Source of the DNA: Lophium mytilinum
Taxonomy: Eukaryota
DNA length: 64,000 nt
Assembly (NCBI GenBank): GCA_010093605.1
Contig: MU004185.1
Location: forward strand, 2,129,334-2,193,333
Direction of reading: 5' to 3'
In this document: in pieces, positions 36,265 through 48,842 of the stretch
Layout of the letters: each line of letters begins with the position of its first letter
Numbering within the stretch: position 1 is the stretch's first letter
Notes under the pieces: model-generated
What the model was told of the DNA's origin: nothing
What the model saw: the letters and a program-made list of their open reading frames with translations, nothing else
The model's database searches: none
Program-made: the position numbers and the translations under genes

Positions 36265-37048
36265 TCACGCATTCCCCAGAACCGGCGCCTTCTTCACCCA
36301 CTCCCTCTTCTCAATCTCCCCAAGCAACCACCTACACAACCCCTCCCTCGACAGCGTCGTCTTCCCCTTAAACTCCGGCGACAACGTCCCCACCACAACC
36401 TCCTTCTCCGGCCCCCCCTTCTCATCCTCCAAAAACGGCACCCGAAAAACCGTCCAATCCAAATCCGTCTGCGCCGCCACCTGCTCCGCAATCCCCTTCA
36501 TCTCCGCATGCCCCTGCGGCACGATCAACGGCGGCATCTTCATGCTCAGATACCACCCCCACGACCGCACCTCGCCGGGGACCTCGAACGCGGGCGTCGA
36601 GAGCGCGAAGATGCGCTTAACCCCCGCGCCTCGCATGGCGTCGAAGACGTGCGGGAAGGCGTCGGCGATGGGGGTGGTTTTGGTGCGGGCGATGAGCGCG
36701 GAGACGGTGGGGTAGGCGCCGAGGAAGGAGATGACGGTGGTTACGTCTTTCATGGCGGTGGAGAGGGCGACGGGGTCGGTCAGCGCGCCTTCGACGATGC
36801 GTACGTGGGAGGAAGCGCTGAACTCGGCGGGCACGCGGGCTTTGGAACGCGCGAAGAGAGTTAAGGTTGGAGCTGGGGATTGTTTGAGAGCGAGGCGGGT
36901 AAAGATGAGGCCGGTAGCGCCTGGGGGGGGGGGGGGGGTATTGTTAGTATAATTCGTTTTAGGTAGTTTGAAGGAGAGATATTATGATAGAGAATGTTAT
37001 ACCTGTTGCGCCGAGAACGAGGATGTTGGATTTTGCGATTGACGACAT
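36265..37048 (-). CDS. NAD(P)-binding Rossmann protein (flavin reductase/BVR-B-like); intron 36921-37002
   Basis: Spliced MSSIAKSNILVLGATGATG, LTLFARS, IVEGALTD, GVKRIFALST and LDWTVFRVP. Confidence 0.85.
36923..36938. repeat. G16 homopolymer (C16 on the coding strand) between intron branch point and 3' splice site
   Basis: Minus strand reads ATACTAACAATA-C16-AG. Confidence 0.9.
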
Positions 37049-37806
37049 GTTGGTGAATTGTGTGATGATGTATGAAGGTTCGATTCCTTTAGAAGGAGAG
37101 AGTTCGTTGTTGATTTAAGAATTGATAGCAAGAAAGAGCGTTCCACCTCGACTATATATATGCATTCTACGCTCGCCAATCAGCGGCGCTTCTTCGGTCC
37201 TATCACCTTGAATTGCGGAGTGACAACCCGCCGAGCCGCAGAGGATCGGACGCTAGTAATACCTTTATCGCTCCTAATCGGCCCTGAAACGCAGAACAAG
37301 GGCATTCGTAATGTCGTTATTGGATTGTTTCAATCCCGCCGTTTCTTGTGCGTGGAATTTAGTCCTCGCTAAAAGTCAAAGCCCGAGTTTGTCATCATGA
37401 ACCCTGAGAGTTAGTACAGAAGATCCTACGCCGATTGGACCCTGCATATAATACAAGACGTCACGATAACACTTCTGTGGTGCAATTGAGGAGTTAGGCC
37501 GGTTTAACAAAAACATTATAGGTGTTCGTAGATTCATGCTTATATAGTGTGGGTAAGAACGATGTAAGGTGAAACTTGGTATCATAAGGTCTAGTCACAT
37601 GATGATATAGACAGAGTCACTTTACAAGAGCGGCTACCATTGGGATGACCGTTGAAAGCTATACTAGAATATAGATCAGGTTACACTGCCTCCAATGCCA
37701 TCAGGCATGCAAGCATCCCCTTCCCACAGACAGGGAAGGAGACCTTCCACTTCTCGTCAACGACCCAGACCCCTGAGATATGACCCGGACGATGTAAACC
37801 CTTCCT

Positions 37807-39102
37807 TCAAATACCACCACCCCATCTGATCTCCTTATGATACGACTTAAAGGGTATCCGGCGGCCCTCCGAGTCCCTCCGCCCATGCGGTCCGGGACGC
37901 ATCTTATTAGTTTCCACATCGAAGCAGCCAATCGCGACCTCCTTCGAACACAGCGGCCACACTTGCTTCTTCTCCATATCGCAGAAGACGCCCTCGCTCA
38001 GCGACACGAAATCCGGTCCCTTAGAAGTCTTGCTATTGCACAGATGCGTCGCATTATGATCCCCATGATGGCTCTTCACCACAGTGCCGGCCATGAATGG
38101 CGGCGCGGGATTGCTGCTAGAAGCCCTCGCCTCGCGTTTCGAAGGAGGCGTTGAACTGCATCCGTTCTTGTTCTTGGTATGCTTATCCTTGTAGCACCAT
38201 CGCTTTTTGTCCAGGACCGCTTTCGGATCTAGGTCGCTGTTGTCGGAGTTGTAGTGGATGAGGTCGTAGAAGATGGGGATGACTGTGTCTTTTGAGATCT
38301 TGGGCCAGGATTTGAAGCGCGGATCGCTTTTGCACATCGTAGCAGGTTGGTCGTGATATTGCTTGGCTCGGCCGTCGGTGTCTGCGTCCTTTGAGGAGCT
38401 GAAGTCGAGGATGTGGAAGGAGAAGCCTTGGAAGCGGAAGTGGTTCGAGCCGTTTTGGTCGACCCAGATGCAGTTGGAGCTGCGGTTGAGTTGGCCTGGG
38501 TTGTTTTTAGTACGGAAAGACTATGTATAGGGGAATGGAGAATTCAACGCACTCTGTGGCTCTTGTGAGGAGGAATCGAAGTTCGCCACGACGTTATCGG
38601 AATAGTACCAATCCGCATCACACAACGTTCCAACATCCCCAAGAAAACCCCAACTCTCCTGATCCGGCCATAAGGTGGTGATATACTGTATGCAGATCGC
38701 ATCATCTCCCGAAGCCGCAACGGCCATGTACTCCGACTTCACGCCTCCCATATCCTTTTCGTGAGCGATTGCCATCTCCACAACACCGCCAGCTTTCACA
38801 TGGCCTTCGCTTCCGCTGCGGCCGACCAAGGTCCCGAGCTGGTCGTAGAGCGTGATGGTGGGGGTGTCGCCTTTGTAGTCGAGTGGATCTCTGTTCCCTG
38901 GGTTCCCGTGTAGGCCAACCCCGATGTTGACGGTAGTTGTAGCTTGTGGGTCGGGCGGTTTCTCTGGCATCAAGGCTGGGATCATCATACCAACACCGAC
39001 TATGAGACCGACTAGAAGAACTTGTGTTAGCTTTCCATATGCCAGTGTTGGGTATCGGTAAGAGGGGTCCGCACCAGCATCGAGAAGCCCAACGACGCTC
39101 AT
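37807..39102 (-). CDS. Hypothetical fungal protein with hydrophobic N-terminus and Cys-rich C-terminal domain; introns 39012-39074 and 38496-38552
   Basis: Splicing gives one continuous frame: MSVVGLLDAVGLIVGVGMMIPALM...GDDAICIQY...NCIWVDQ...LCNSKTSKGPDFVSLSEGVFCDMEKKQVWPLC. Confidence 0.7.
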
Positions 39103-40237
39103 GTTGGCCTAGTATTCGAAGCGTGAAATTGATGGAAGAAAGAAAAGAAGTTGAATGAACAGGTCTTTTGTAATAGTTATGATGAGATCAATTGGATATA
39201 TGGAGAAGGAATAATGGATCTGAACTATCTTGTGAGTTGATGAGAGATATGAGCTACATTTTATATTCAAGGCATCGAACAGATAGCTTACTTCTCTTCT
39301 TACTTTCCCATAAGTTGCAGTCGACTAAGGTCAATGTGTCCCTTAGAACCCTCGACGTCACTCAGGATACGAAGTCCAACACAGTCCGACGCCTCATCTG
39401 ACGTCGAAGAGGGGTCTCGTAAGAGATCGGAAACGCAGGAACGGCGCCGTATGACCCACATATGTTGGTATATCGTACCGTGGAAGAACATGATAGTATC
39501 ATGATGTCGATGGCCGAATGTGAACACGTTGCAGCTCGTACCCATAACCTGATACATTGTGCCTTCTGGAAGCCACGTTTAAAAGCTTGATGAGCAGCAA
39601 TCATGGTCAACGTGAGGCTGTACCCGTCAGGTATGACGCAGCGATGTGAGGCACAATGTTGAAAGTAGAATCTGAGGTGGCGCAGGATGGCGTAGGATGC
39701 GGCGTTAGTAAAGGCGTGACATGCATTCACATACCCCATACCCGGCGGCGCGTGCGGCGTCTATCGAGGTGGCGTCAATCCTCCCGTAGAGGTTATGATG
39801 AACGCATCTCTGAAACTGCCAAGTGCACCGCCTTGTTCATGAGGTACACGAGAGCTCCAAGAGAATGTTCACAACTGTCCTCACGATGTTAGTTGACCTG
39901 CCATTGCGTCACTCTAGGAATAAACGGATGGAAAATGTCCTTACTATGACGATGTAGGATTCGACTGCGGCTGTACCAATCTGTAACCGATGTTTGATGA
40001 GCGATGTTGGATGATGAAACAGAACATGTGCTCACAGTGATATGTTGTCATTCGTCGACCAGTTGCTCCGTGCTAGATAGCACTGGAAGAAGACAGTTCA
40101 TCGTAATTCGCGAGCTAGGTATAAAGTATCGGAGTTGATGAAAGAAATTGATCCATCAGATTCCTCACCAACTTCCCTACTTACTTCAATCATTCATACT
40201 CAAGCAGAGTCTTCCAAAGTTTCACTCACCAATCACC

Positions 40238-41456
40238 ATGCATCTTATCAGAACCTTGTCCGCGTTGACAGCTACGACCCTTCTGATCGCACCCCTGACA
40301 GGACTCCCTCTCGAGAGACAAGGTGGTAGATGTGAGTAGTTTTCCTTCACTTTCCCTCGTCAGACAAGTGTGCACATCCGTTGGCCACCGCATGCGGGGC
40401 TTCCGTACATTTTCATCCCCTGAAGTCCATCATTCTCAACAACCGGGAGACATGTCGGAGCATCTTAAAGAACCTTGAACTAACATAGTAAAAGCACTTC
40501 AGCACTCCGCCAACAGCAGTTCCATAGCCGAGAGAGGCCACGCAGTGGTCAATCTTGCACGCGATCCAGCCTTCATCAAGTCCAAGCCTAAGCCGAAGCC
40601 AGTGAAGCCTAAGCCAAAGCCAAAGCCTGCCCCAAAGCCCCAAGAATGCAAGCGAGGTGCGGGAGCCTGTGATCCCGAAGATAGTGAGGACCTGGGCTCT
40701 GCCCAATACCACACTTGGGGCGTGGAGAGGAAGGACGCTTTGGACAACAAACTTGAGGAGGTTCACAGGACTCCGGATCAGGCCCATGACAAGCCGATAA
40801 CCAAGCCATGGAAGGAGTCGTATGAAAGTGGCGAGGGAGCTACCGATGGCGAGCGAGAGGACGTTCCTGTAGACGACGAAGATCTATTCCACAACGTCAA
40901 ATCCATCTTTCACAACCTCGGGGTGAACAAGAACAAAGAAACTCTTTTCAAATCTACCAACATTTTCTCGAAGGATGAGGAAGGCGACAGCGAGCAGCCT
41001 ACGAACAGCGCCTGTTTTTCGACTACCGAAGGGGATGGCGTTATCGTTGCAAGGACAACCTACAAGAAATACGACTTGAATCCAGAGAACGAGAGATTGC
41101 AGTGGAGCGAGTTGACGTTCCAGCAATGGAGTGAATACAGAAAGGCAGCTGGTTTTCAGTCCTCTGACCTGAAATACATTATTCGCGACGGGATCGTCAA
41201 CAAAGGCTCTCAAAACGTAATCAAGGACATCTGGAAGAACCTAAACATCGACAAGGATCAGGAGTGGGAGACTTTCGATTTTTCCAGCACAAAGGCCGAG
41301 GAAGTAGAAGCAGCCCAAACGTTACTTGGAACAAGGAACGGGAAGGGCGTTGGCTACATGTTGACGGATTATCCAGACGCCTTGGGAAAAAAGAATATCG
41401 CGAAGGTCCACGCCTGGAACAATGACCACCCATCCATTGTCTTTGAATTCGAATGA
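40238..41456 (+). CDS. Secreted hypothetical protein with Pro-Lys repeat; intron 40332-40488
   Basis: Signal peptide MHLIRTLSALTATTLLIAPLTG; KPKPKPVKPKPKPKPAPKP; C-domain with LQWSELTFQQW and LLGTRNGKGVGYML. Confidence 0.75.
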
Positions 41457-42146
41457 AGAGGTTCAGAACGCTCGCCCTTGTGTTTTAGTAATGGGGGTCT
41501 CGATATGGTCACGGAAGACCTCACGCCGCTGCGGGTTGTATGACGGCATTACTCCAAAGGTCTAAGCCTCCTAATTGGGGGCGGTGCTTGTTGACGGTAA
41601 GTGGGTGATGTCAAGTCGAGAGCGAAAATGGGCGCTAAAATGGGAAGGGCTTCGCACTTTAAGTGAGGTACAGCCGGGTATTACGAGTCGTTGCAGACGT
41701 TCATTAACCTTTGATATGTTTCTTTTGGCGTTTTTACATCTTTTACCCCATGCGTCTTTCTCTACGGACAGCTTAGCAACGTTTGAGATGGCTCAAGGAG
41801 TTCATCTATAGATCAAAATCGCAGACTTACATCTCGTTCAAATTCCCAAACGACTGAGGAACCTCACGTAGTGTTAATATGTAAGTTACTCACATGTACG
41901 GTCGCTATGCGAAGTATTAGTATTATCGCACGCTTCAAGCAATCAGGGATGATGATGCTAGGGTCTCTGCTGACTGGTAATCAAGGTCACATGAAGCGAC
42001 CATGAGAATCTATGAAGCTTTTAGACAATCTACTTACATTTTTTCGTATGCTTCAGAGTATATTGAACGACTCTTGGAAGCGCTGCGTAGGTGTATGGGA
42101 CTGCATGTCCTAGTGCTGTAGTAGCAGTGTACCGCATTCGCTTCGT

Positions 42147-43840
42147 TCATGCCAGCACTGTATCCACCCATATACTATACACCTGGAGAGCCACTCGAAA
42201 CCCAGGACTTTTACTCACACTATGGACATAGGGACAGTACGCTCTATAATCCTTCTTCAACCTCGACAAGTCGATTGGGCCTGCTCCGAGCTGGAAAAGG
42301 AAGTGTACCACTTCAGGATTCCCAGCATGCAATGCTGCGGTCATTAAAGAAGACGTGTTTCTCGGTAGTCTGCCGCCACCGACATTAAGCTTGAGATCAC
42401 AGATCAGCCAACGGAGGAATTGGACCCTTCCATAAGATGCAGCCTCTTCCATCGACTGGTTGCGAAAAGACTCAACCGAGGGAGAGTGCACGTCCAGCCC
42501 TCGGCCGATAAGATATTGAGCGATATCGAGTTGTCCGCCACGGGCTGCATCCACAAATTCCCGGTATCCCTTGCAATCGTCATTAATGTTGTCCCCATGT
42601 ACCAGTAGTATGTCCGCAACATCGAAGTGTTTCCAACGGATAGCATAATGGAATGCATATAGACGCCTCCTAGGACATATCGTAGTTGCGGCACCACGCG
42701 CCAGGAGAGCGCGTACGGTATCGCAGTGACCGCTGCGACATGCCCAACGGAGCGGAGCCCATCCGGGAGATGATTCGGGGTCGGAATCCAACGGGGCACC
42801 GGCATCCAACATCTTTAGCATCAACTCAGTACGACCATAGTCCGCAGCCGCCCAGCAGAGGTCTCGTCGTATCTGTTTCACTCCTGGACCTGTGTATTTT
42901 TCGAAGAGCCTCAACGCAGTCTCAGAGCTCTTTGGTAACGCTGCAACAGCTGCCAACCTGAATTCACGAGCGGAGGTATCTAAGTTGTATCTTGGTTCCA
43001 AAAGCAGCTCGACGACGTTTCTGTGTCCGCTAGCTGATGCGACATGAATTGCCGGCTTCTTCATGGCCCTGAGTCGAAGTTCATGGTGGATGTCGGCTCC
43101 TTGGTCTAGGAGTAGCTTGACTGTATCGCAATGTCCTGCATGGCATGCCGTTTGTAGAAGGCTACCAAAATATCTTGTTTCGAAGTTAATGTTTGTTATG
43201 CCTGGTAACATGCTTTGTTGGACGTCAATATAGCGTGCGGATATTGCAACAAGTAGACTGCACTGGCTTATGTCTATTCGACTCTCTTCGTCAGCCCCCC
43301 AGTCGTAAGGAAGCATCTGACTGTTATAATAGTCGTCAATCAACAAGCATCGCAGCATGTTCTCCGTCTCTATGTTACTGAGTGCAGTGCGGCAAACAGC
43401 CTCGAGCACTTCGTTCATAGCCAAAGACTTCTTGCATTGGGCTAGTCGAGACATCAAATCGTCGACCACGGCATGAATTGTCGTTGCGAGCTCAGTCCTT
43501 GCTCGAGATCCGGATGCTAGTCGTTCGACGGCGAGTCGGAGTCCGAAGCCGGGAAGGATCTTGCCGGCATCAAAGCTTGTCGAAGGCGATGGTGAACGTC
43601 GGGGCGCGGATACGACATGCTCCAACCTTAACCTTGCGATTGTTTTCGTAACTTGAGTATCGAACTCATCTATATGGTAACCCTGTGAGCCAGAGCATAG
43701 AACAATTAGAGGTGAATAGCGCAAGCGCTGTACCTACGATTCACCAGACGCAGACTCAAGGCTTCTATGAGCGTTCCTTGTAGCGCGGCCTGAATAATGA
43801 TGTCTCGGAAGAGAACGAGAGGCAATTCCGACAGATCCAT
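42147..43840 (-). CDS. Ankyrin-repeat protein with F-box-like N-terminus; intron ~43670-43737
   Basis: MDLSELPLVLFRDII...SLRLVN; ankyrin repeats LLQTACHAGHCDTVKLLLDQGAD, AIHVASASGHRNVVELLL and PLRWACRSGHCDTVRALLARGA. Confidence 0.85.
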
Positions 43841-44550
43841 AATGAAGATGACACTCGGTTTCCTGGCGTTGCTGAACTCTAGTTGAGTGATATATAGCGT
43901 CTCACGCTTCATGAGGCACAGCCAACGGAAGCCTTGCACCGCGCACGTGTTGTGACGTCAACATCCATGACTTAAGAACACGTGAGTTTGGGCGAATAAG
44001 GTGAGCATCTCAATGAAAGAACCGATGAAGAGTGTTGAAGACTTTGAAGGTTGAGGATGGCAAGATGTCTGAATATTTCGTTGAAAGATTCGCTAAGTCA
44101 GGTGATGTAATCTAAATCCAAAACCCTAAGATACAGTGAGATATCTGTATTCAAATCAAGAGCACTTTTAACAAGTCTCACGTTTCCCGAGAAGACAATA
44201 GAGGACAATGATATCAAAACCCTAGCCAGTTTGCCAACGGCAACAAAAACCAGCTACGAACATGTACTAGAAGAGAATACAAGAACAAGAATGTATCATC
44301 CTCCCGCTCACACCCCTCCCCTATCACAAGCAACAAGCAATGAACAACGCCTTTTACCGTCCAGAATGCCCGCCTGCCTGCCCCACAAACCTAACCAAAC
44401 CAAACCAACGCTGAAAAGCAGTTGTTATATGTACCACCACCCGTAAGTGCCGCCATCCACAAGTTCCGAAAACGCCAATCCAAAATCAAATCAAACCAAT
44501 CAAGCAACAAAGCTATACATCAATTCCGCTTCAATCCTTTTGCTCAAAGT

Positions 44551-46605
44551 TCAAAGTGCCCAGCTGCCTCTTCTCACGGCAACACCGACCCCAATCTCTT
44601 CGCCCGCTGGGCTCATCTTAGGCTGCTGCCGCGCCCACTCCTGGACATACGAGCGTAGCGCCTTCCACCGCACACAAGTCTCCTCGGTGATTGCGCTATC
44701 CGTTAGATTCCCGTCCTCACCAAGTCGGATGTATCCGCGGGAAGTCGCGAGATGGTCGTCTTGTCTGAGCTCTGAGATGGGAATTCGCGAGATTTTGGAG
44801 AGTTCGCCGTCGAAGTTACGGGCGATGGAAGGGTAGCCAAGGGAGAGGTAGTTGTAGACCTGCGTGATGAAGTCGTTGCCAAATTCTTTCTCGATGGTGA
44901 TTTCAGCGCTGAGGCGATCATCTATGCTGGCGATGTCGGGGTTAGAAGGAGGGGGGGAAGGGGGCATGTCTTTCATGGCGGCGGAGGAGGGGGGCGAAGA
45001 TATTTCGAAAGGGTTGCCGATCTCGATCATGGGAGTCATGAGGCCTGATGGACCTCGAGGGGGTGTATTGCCTGTGCCTGCTTGGCAGAAACCACCCCAA
45101 AGACCGCCAGCACTCGGGGCACGGCTGTTGGGTTGAGACCAAAGGGAGGCACCATTGCTAGGGGTTTCTTTGCAGTGCCACAGACCTTCCGGCTCGGTTT
45201 CCTGCTGGCTCTGTTCAGTGAGATAGCACATGGCATTTTTCAAAGCGTGTGAGCCCTGGGTTGGATCGAATCGAGCTGGCTCGGGTGAGCTACACCTCGG
45301 AAATTCGATGTCGCCTCCAAGCATAGGCGGCCTCGCACCACTCCTCATCCGCTCAAGCTCGCCATCTTTTTGCCAGCCTCCAATAATGTTTCTGTTGGCC
45401 GAGGAGTTTGTAAACATTGCTGATGCCGGGTTCCCCCAGGGACTCTGTGCTGAAGGAGGCCCCCCAGCCTGGGCTTGGGTCTGGCGTTGTCTCTCGCTTT
45501 CTCTTTCTTGCTCTAATCGCTCCCGATGTTGCTGCATGGCTAGTAGCTCCCAGTTCACAGTTTTGAATGATGATGATTCCCGGCGACCATATGCTCCGTC
45601 ATAAGATTCTCTCTCGTCAGAGGACATGACAACGCTGGAGTCATCCAGCTCTTGGTTTATGAAGTGGTCGACCGGCTCATGATAATCGTCGTTGGGAAAG
45701 GCCGCCATAGCCTGATCTCGGAGTTGCTTCTCGGCTGCTCTTGCAGCAAGTTCAAGAAGGTAACCCGAAAACCTGTCATCCACACTTTCTCTCATTCTGG
45801 TAGCCTCCTTATACATATAGGATTGGTCGGAGGAGGCTGAAGGAGACGTTGACAGAGATGGTGGATTAGATCCTTCTGACTCGGATGACTCAATAGGTTC
45901 GAGATCAGGAACCCGGAACGAGTGAGATCGGACACTACCTCGCGAACTGGAGCGCAGCGACAATGGAGATCTAGCTCGATCGATGTCAAGAAAGTGTGGA
46001 ATGTGGCCGAAAGAGGCAGTAGGAGTGTTACCCGGCGGTGCGGGAACCGGTCGTATCCGCGCTTTCCTTGGAATCTGTTGTTCATCGCCCGGGGTTGCTT
46101 CTGTTTTGTCTGACGGAAGTATTGCTGGTCCTGGATCGCCAGCCTTCCGTGTTCTCTTCGCTGTCTCTATTAGTTGAGGAGTGAAACGTCTCCTAGGCTT
46201 CTTCTCTGACGTTTGTGATGCTGCAGAGTTCTCTGGAGGAGATGCTTCTAATGCTTTAGCGTTACTCGCTTCATCTTTTTCTTTAGCCTTCTTCCAACTC
46301 GAGGCTGTTGTAGTCTCAATGGGCTCCGGGCTGAATTTCCGGGGTTTTTTGCTGCTCTTCTCATCCGCCTTAGCTTTTGAACTTCGGGAGGTGAATTCAA
46401 ACGGTTCGGCAGCAAATTTTCGATTTGACTTGGTGGTAGTTTCCACTGGCTGAGGAGCGAACCTTCGAGTAGCTTTAGGTGATGCCTCAGCGGGTTTGGA
46501 GGAATCGGTTGGTTCTGACTGCTTCGATGCAGCATTTCTGGAAGACTTGACAGTGGTCTCAATGGGCTCCGCCTTGAAACGTCTTGGGGGTGTCGAGGAG
46601 GACAT
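44551..46605 (-). CDS. Hypothetical, largely disordered protein with N-terminal RxFxPxPxETT repeats
   Basis: 684-aa intronless ORF; five repeats; ordered-looking C-terminal block FITQVYNYLSLGYPSIARNFDGELSKIS...RWKALRSYVQEWAR...RRGSWAL. Confidence 0.85.
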   Translation of the reverse strand: MSSSTPPRRFKAEPIETTVKSSRNAASKQSEPTDSSKPAEASPKATRRFAPQPVETTTKSNRKFAAEPFEFTSRSSKAKADEKSSKKPRKFSPEPIETTTASSWKKAKEKDEASNAKALEASPPENSAASQTSEKKPRRRFTPQLIETAKRTRKAGDPGPAILPSDKTEATPGDEQQIPRKARIRPVPAPPGNTPTASFGHIPHFLDIDRARSPLSLRSSSRGSVRSHSFRVPDLEPIESSESEGSNPPSLSTSPSASSDQSYMYKEATRMRESVDDRFSGYLLELAARAAEKQLRDQAMAAFPNDDYHEPVDHFINQELDDSSVVMSSDERESYDGAYGRRESSSFKTVNWELLAMQQHRERLEQERESERQRQTQAQAGGPPSAQSPWGNPASAMFTNSSANRNIIGGWQKDGELERMRSGARPPMLGGDIEFPRCSSPEPARFDPTQGSHALKNAMCYLTEQSQQETEPEGLWHCKETPSNGASLWSQPNSRAPSAGGLWGGFCQAGTGNTPPRGPSGLMTPMIEIGNPFEISSPPSSAAMKDMPPSPPPSNPDIASIDDRLSAEITIEKEFGNDFITQVYNYLSLGYPSIARNFDGELSKISRIPISELRQDDHLATSRGYIRLGEDGNLTDSAITEETCVRWKALRSYVQEWARQQPKMSPAGEEIGVGVAVRRGSWAL

Positions 46606-48842
46606 GGCTGAGTTACACTGTAAATTACTGAATGCGGATGGCCGAGGGACTCTTTATGTGCATAGCCAAGGCGACATTCACATGCCTAGAGCGACCGAAA
46701 CAGCTTCCACGTTCAGATCGCTCTGGTGTGAATCGGTAATATGGTCCGCTGACTTCCCAGGGCTGATTCGTGGGGCTAAGGTTTGGGCGATCGTTTGAAT
46801 TGCGGGGAACAGGAAGACGGGTGTTTTCGGAGAGAGGATGTGCTTTCTCATCCACTCCTGGGCTGCACTGTGTGTATGGTTTCCAGTCTCCCGGAATCTC
46901 CGCCTCTTGCTAGTAGGTATGAGGGATCCGTCTTCGGTTGTTTCCGATTAAAGTATACAATTGGGTGGTAATGCTCGAAGATGTATCGACACGAAAGGTA
47001 GGAGGGGAGAGTATAGGTGATGCGTCTAGGAAGCCTGTCTGTGGGCAAATGTAGGAAATGTGGGTTTAACTGTGCCTTGCGTCAGTCGCGTGTCGAGTAC
47101 GAGTCGGTGTACTGGCGGACTAGGAAACTCACCAGTCGAAGATTAACACTATGTCCAGCACCCAAGAATATCACTCGCGAAAGAGAACTCGCCAGTTGCA
47201 GTTGCCGTGACCTCGCAGCGCTCGCATGTGAAAATTGGCAACAAATGCAGATTCAGCCCTAGGGAAAGTGACGTCGGCTGTGGATACGGAGGGTATGGAA
47301 AAGAAAGCAACAACACAACACGAATCGCGACACAAAGCAGCAGCGGGTCAGAGGGGAGAGGTAGGACGGGCGGAAGGAGTGTTGGGGAATTTGGGGGGCG
47401 CTGAGGGCTAGGTGAATGGGGATAAGGTAAGGTGTTGTAGAAGGTCGGGATGCGGCGTTCTGGAAGAGACAGCGCAGATCGAGTGGCCAATTACTGCGTG
47501 TCTAACACTCAATGTGGATAGACCCAACTGGCTCCCAGTCGGTGCAGGGCAACGGAGTGGTTTTTTAGGGCACAAGAAAGGGCGGGCACCAGAGCAGTCG
47601 ACGAAAAGTTGTGTTGCACGACCCCGACAAGAGCTGTTAAAGGAGAGTCCCAGCTTCAGACGGTGGCTTGCCCAAGCACCGCACGGAGGACGCAACGACT
47701 CCCGCAGCCCCGACGATGGCTTGCTGTTGGCTGCCGTGCTTTCGCGAGACTCTCACGGCGGGGAGGGCTCCAGATCTGCAGTGGCATGGAGGAGCGCTCG
47801 GGTGGGGTTGTTACGAGGTTATGACGAGCGGGCAGCGTTTGTAATTGGCATGTCCACAGGATTGAATCGCGTCTTTTTTGGCGGAGGTGCAGTATCCTGC
47901 TGGAGGTGCAGTAGTTTGGCGGCTTCGTACGTGTCAGGCAGTGGAGATTGACTTCCAATGCCAAAGTCCCACGCTCACCGCCACCTCTTCGTGCATCGTG
48001 AACTCTTCCGTCACGCGCCGGCTGCCGACACACCATCGACGACAAGAAGCAAAATACAATGTAAATCGCTCACCCGCCCCTCCACGCATTGCTGTTGCGG
48101 TTTCAAACGTGGTGGGCGCCGAGTCCAGCGCACGCCGAAAACAACCGCTAGAGTCTCCCCACGAAGGCTGTCCTCACACTTCCTCCATCATCACAAACCG
48201 CTCATCCCGCACCGCGTCCTCATGTGACAAAGCTGCATAATCAAACCTCAACACTTCTGATGTCTCGGGACCACTGCTCACGATGCTCGTACGTTCGCAG
48301 GGATCGGACGCTGGACCACCCCATCGACTGATATCTGACTCTGCATGCCGCATGGAACTAATGCATCCAGACGCCAATGCCAGTGTCTCCACCAGCGTTC
48401 CTGACCATTCGTCCTATCATTGGCCTGTCTTGTTCGCGAGAGCGTCTATTCCAGGCCCAGGTCTGTGTAATGCTGATACAGGATCATTAAGGGCCGGCTG
48501 CGCGACGGGCGTGGCTTTTGTCTCGGCACACCACACTTCGATATTCACTTCAGAATTCCCAGAGGTTACAATTGTTTTGACTGACTGCAGTATCTACTGC
48601 TCACATTCATGCATCGCAGATCTGCGGCTGACTCCCCTTGGACCCCTTCCCCGAAGCAGACCCTAGAACTCCATGCATACAAACGATTGGCGCGGGAAGA
48701 AAGAAAGAAATCACCCCGAAAGTTTCTCCTCGATAAAGAAAGCCATTCCCGAGACCGCCAAACATCACAACGCCGAAAGTCAATTCCTGCCCGAAGAAGA
48801 CACCTGAAATAGGAGACTTTGGGATAGAACTCTAGAAACAGG

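Noticed and set aside
46700..48800. Many short overlapping ORFs or a possible ncRNA in the long intergenic region
   Set aside because: No coding bias, tRNA/snoRNA/riboswitch motif or repeat structure was recognisable; most likely promoter and 5' UTR sequence.
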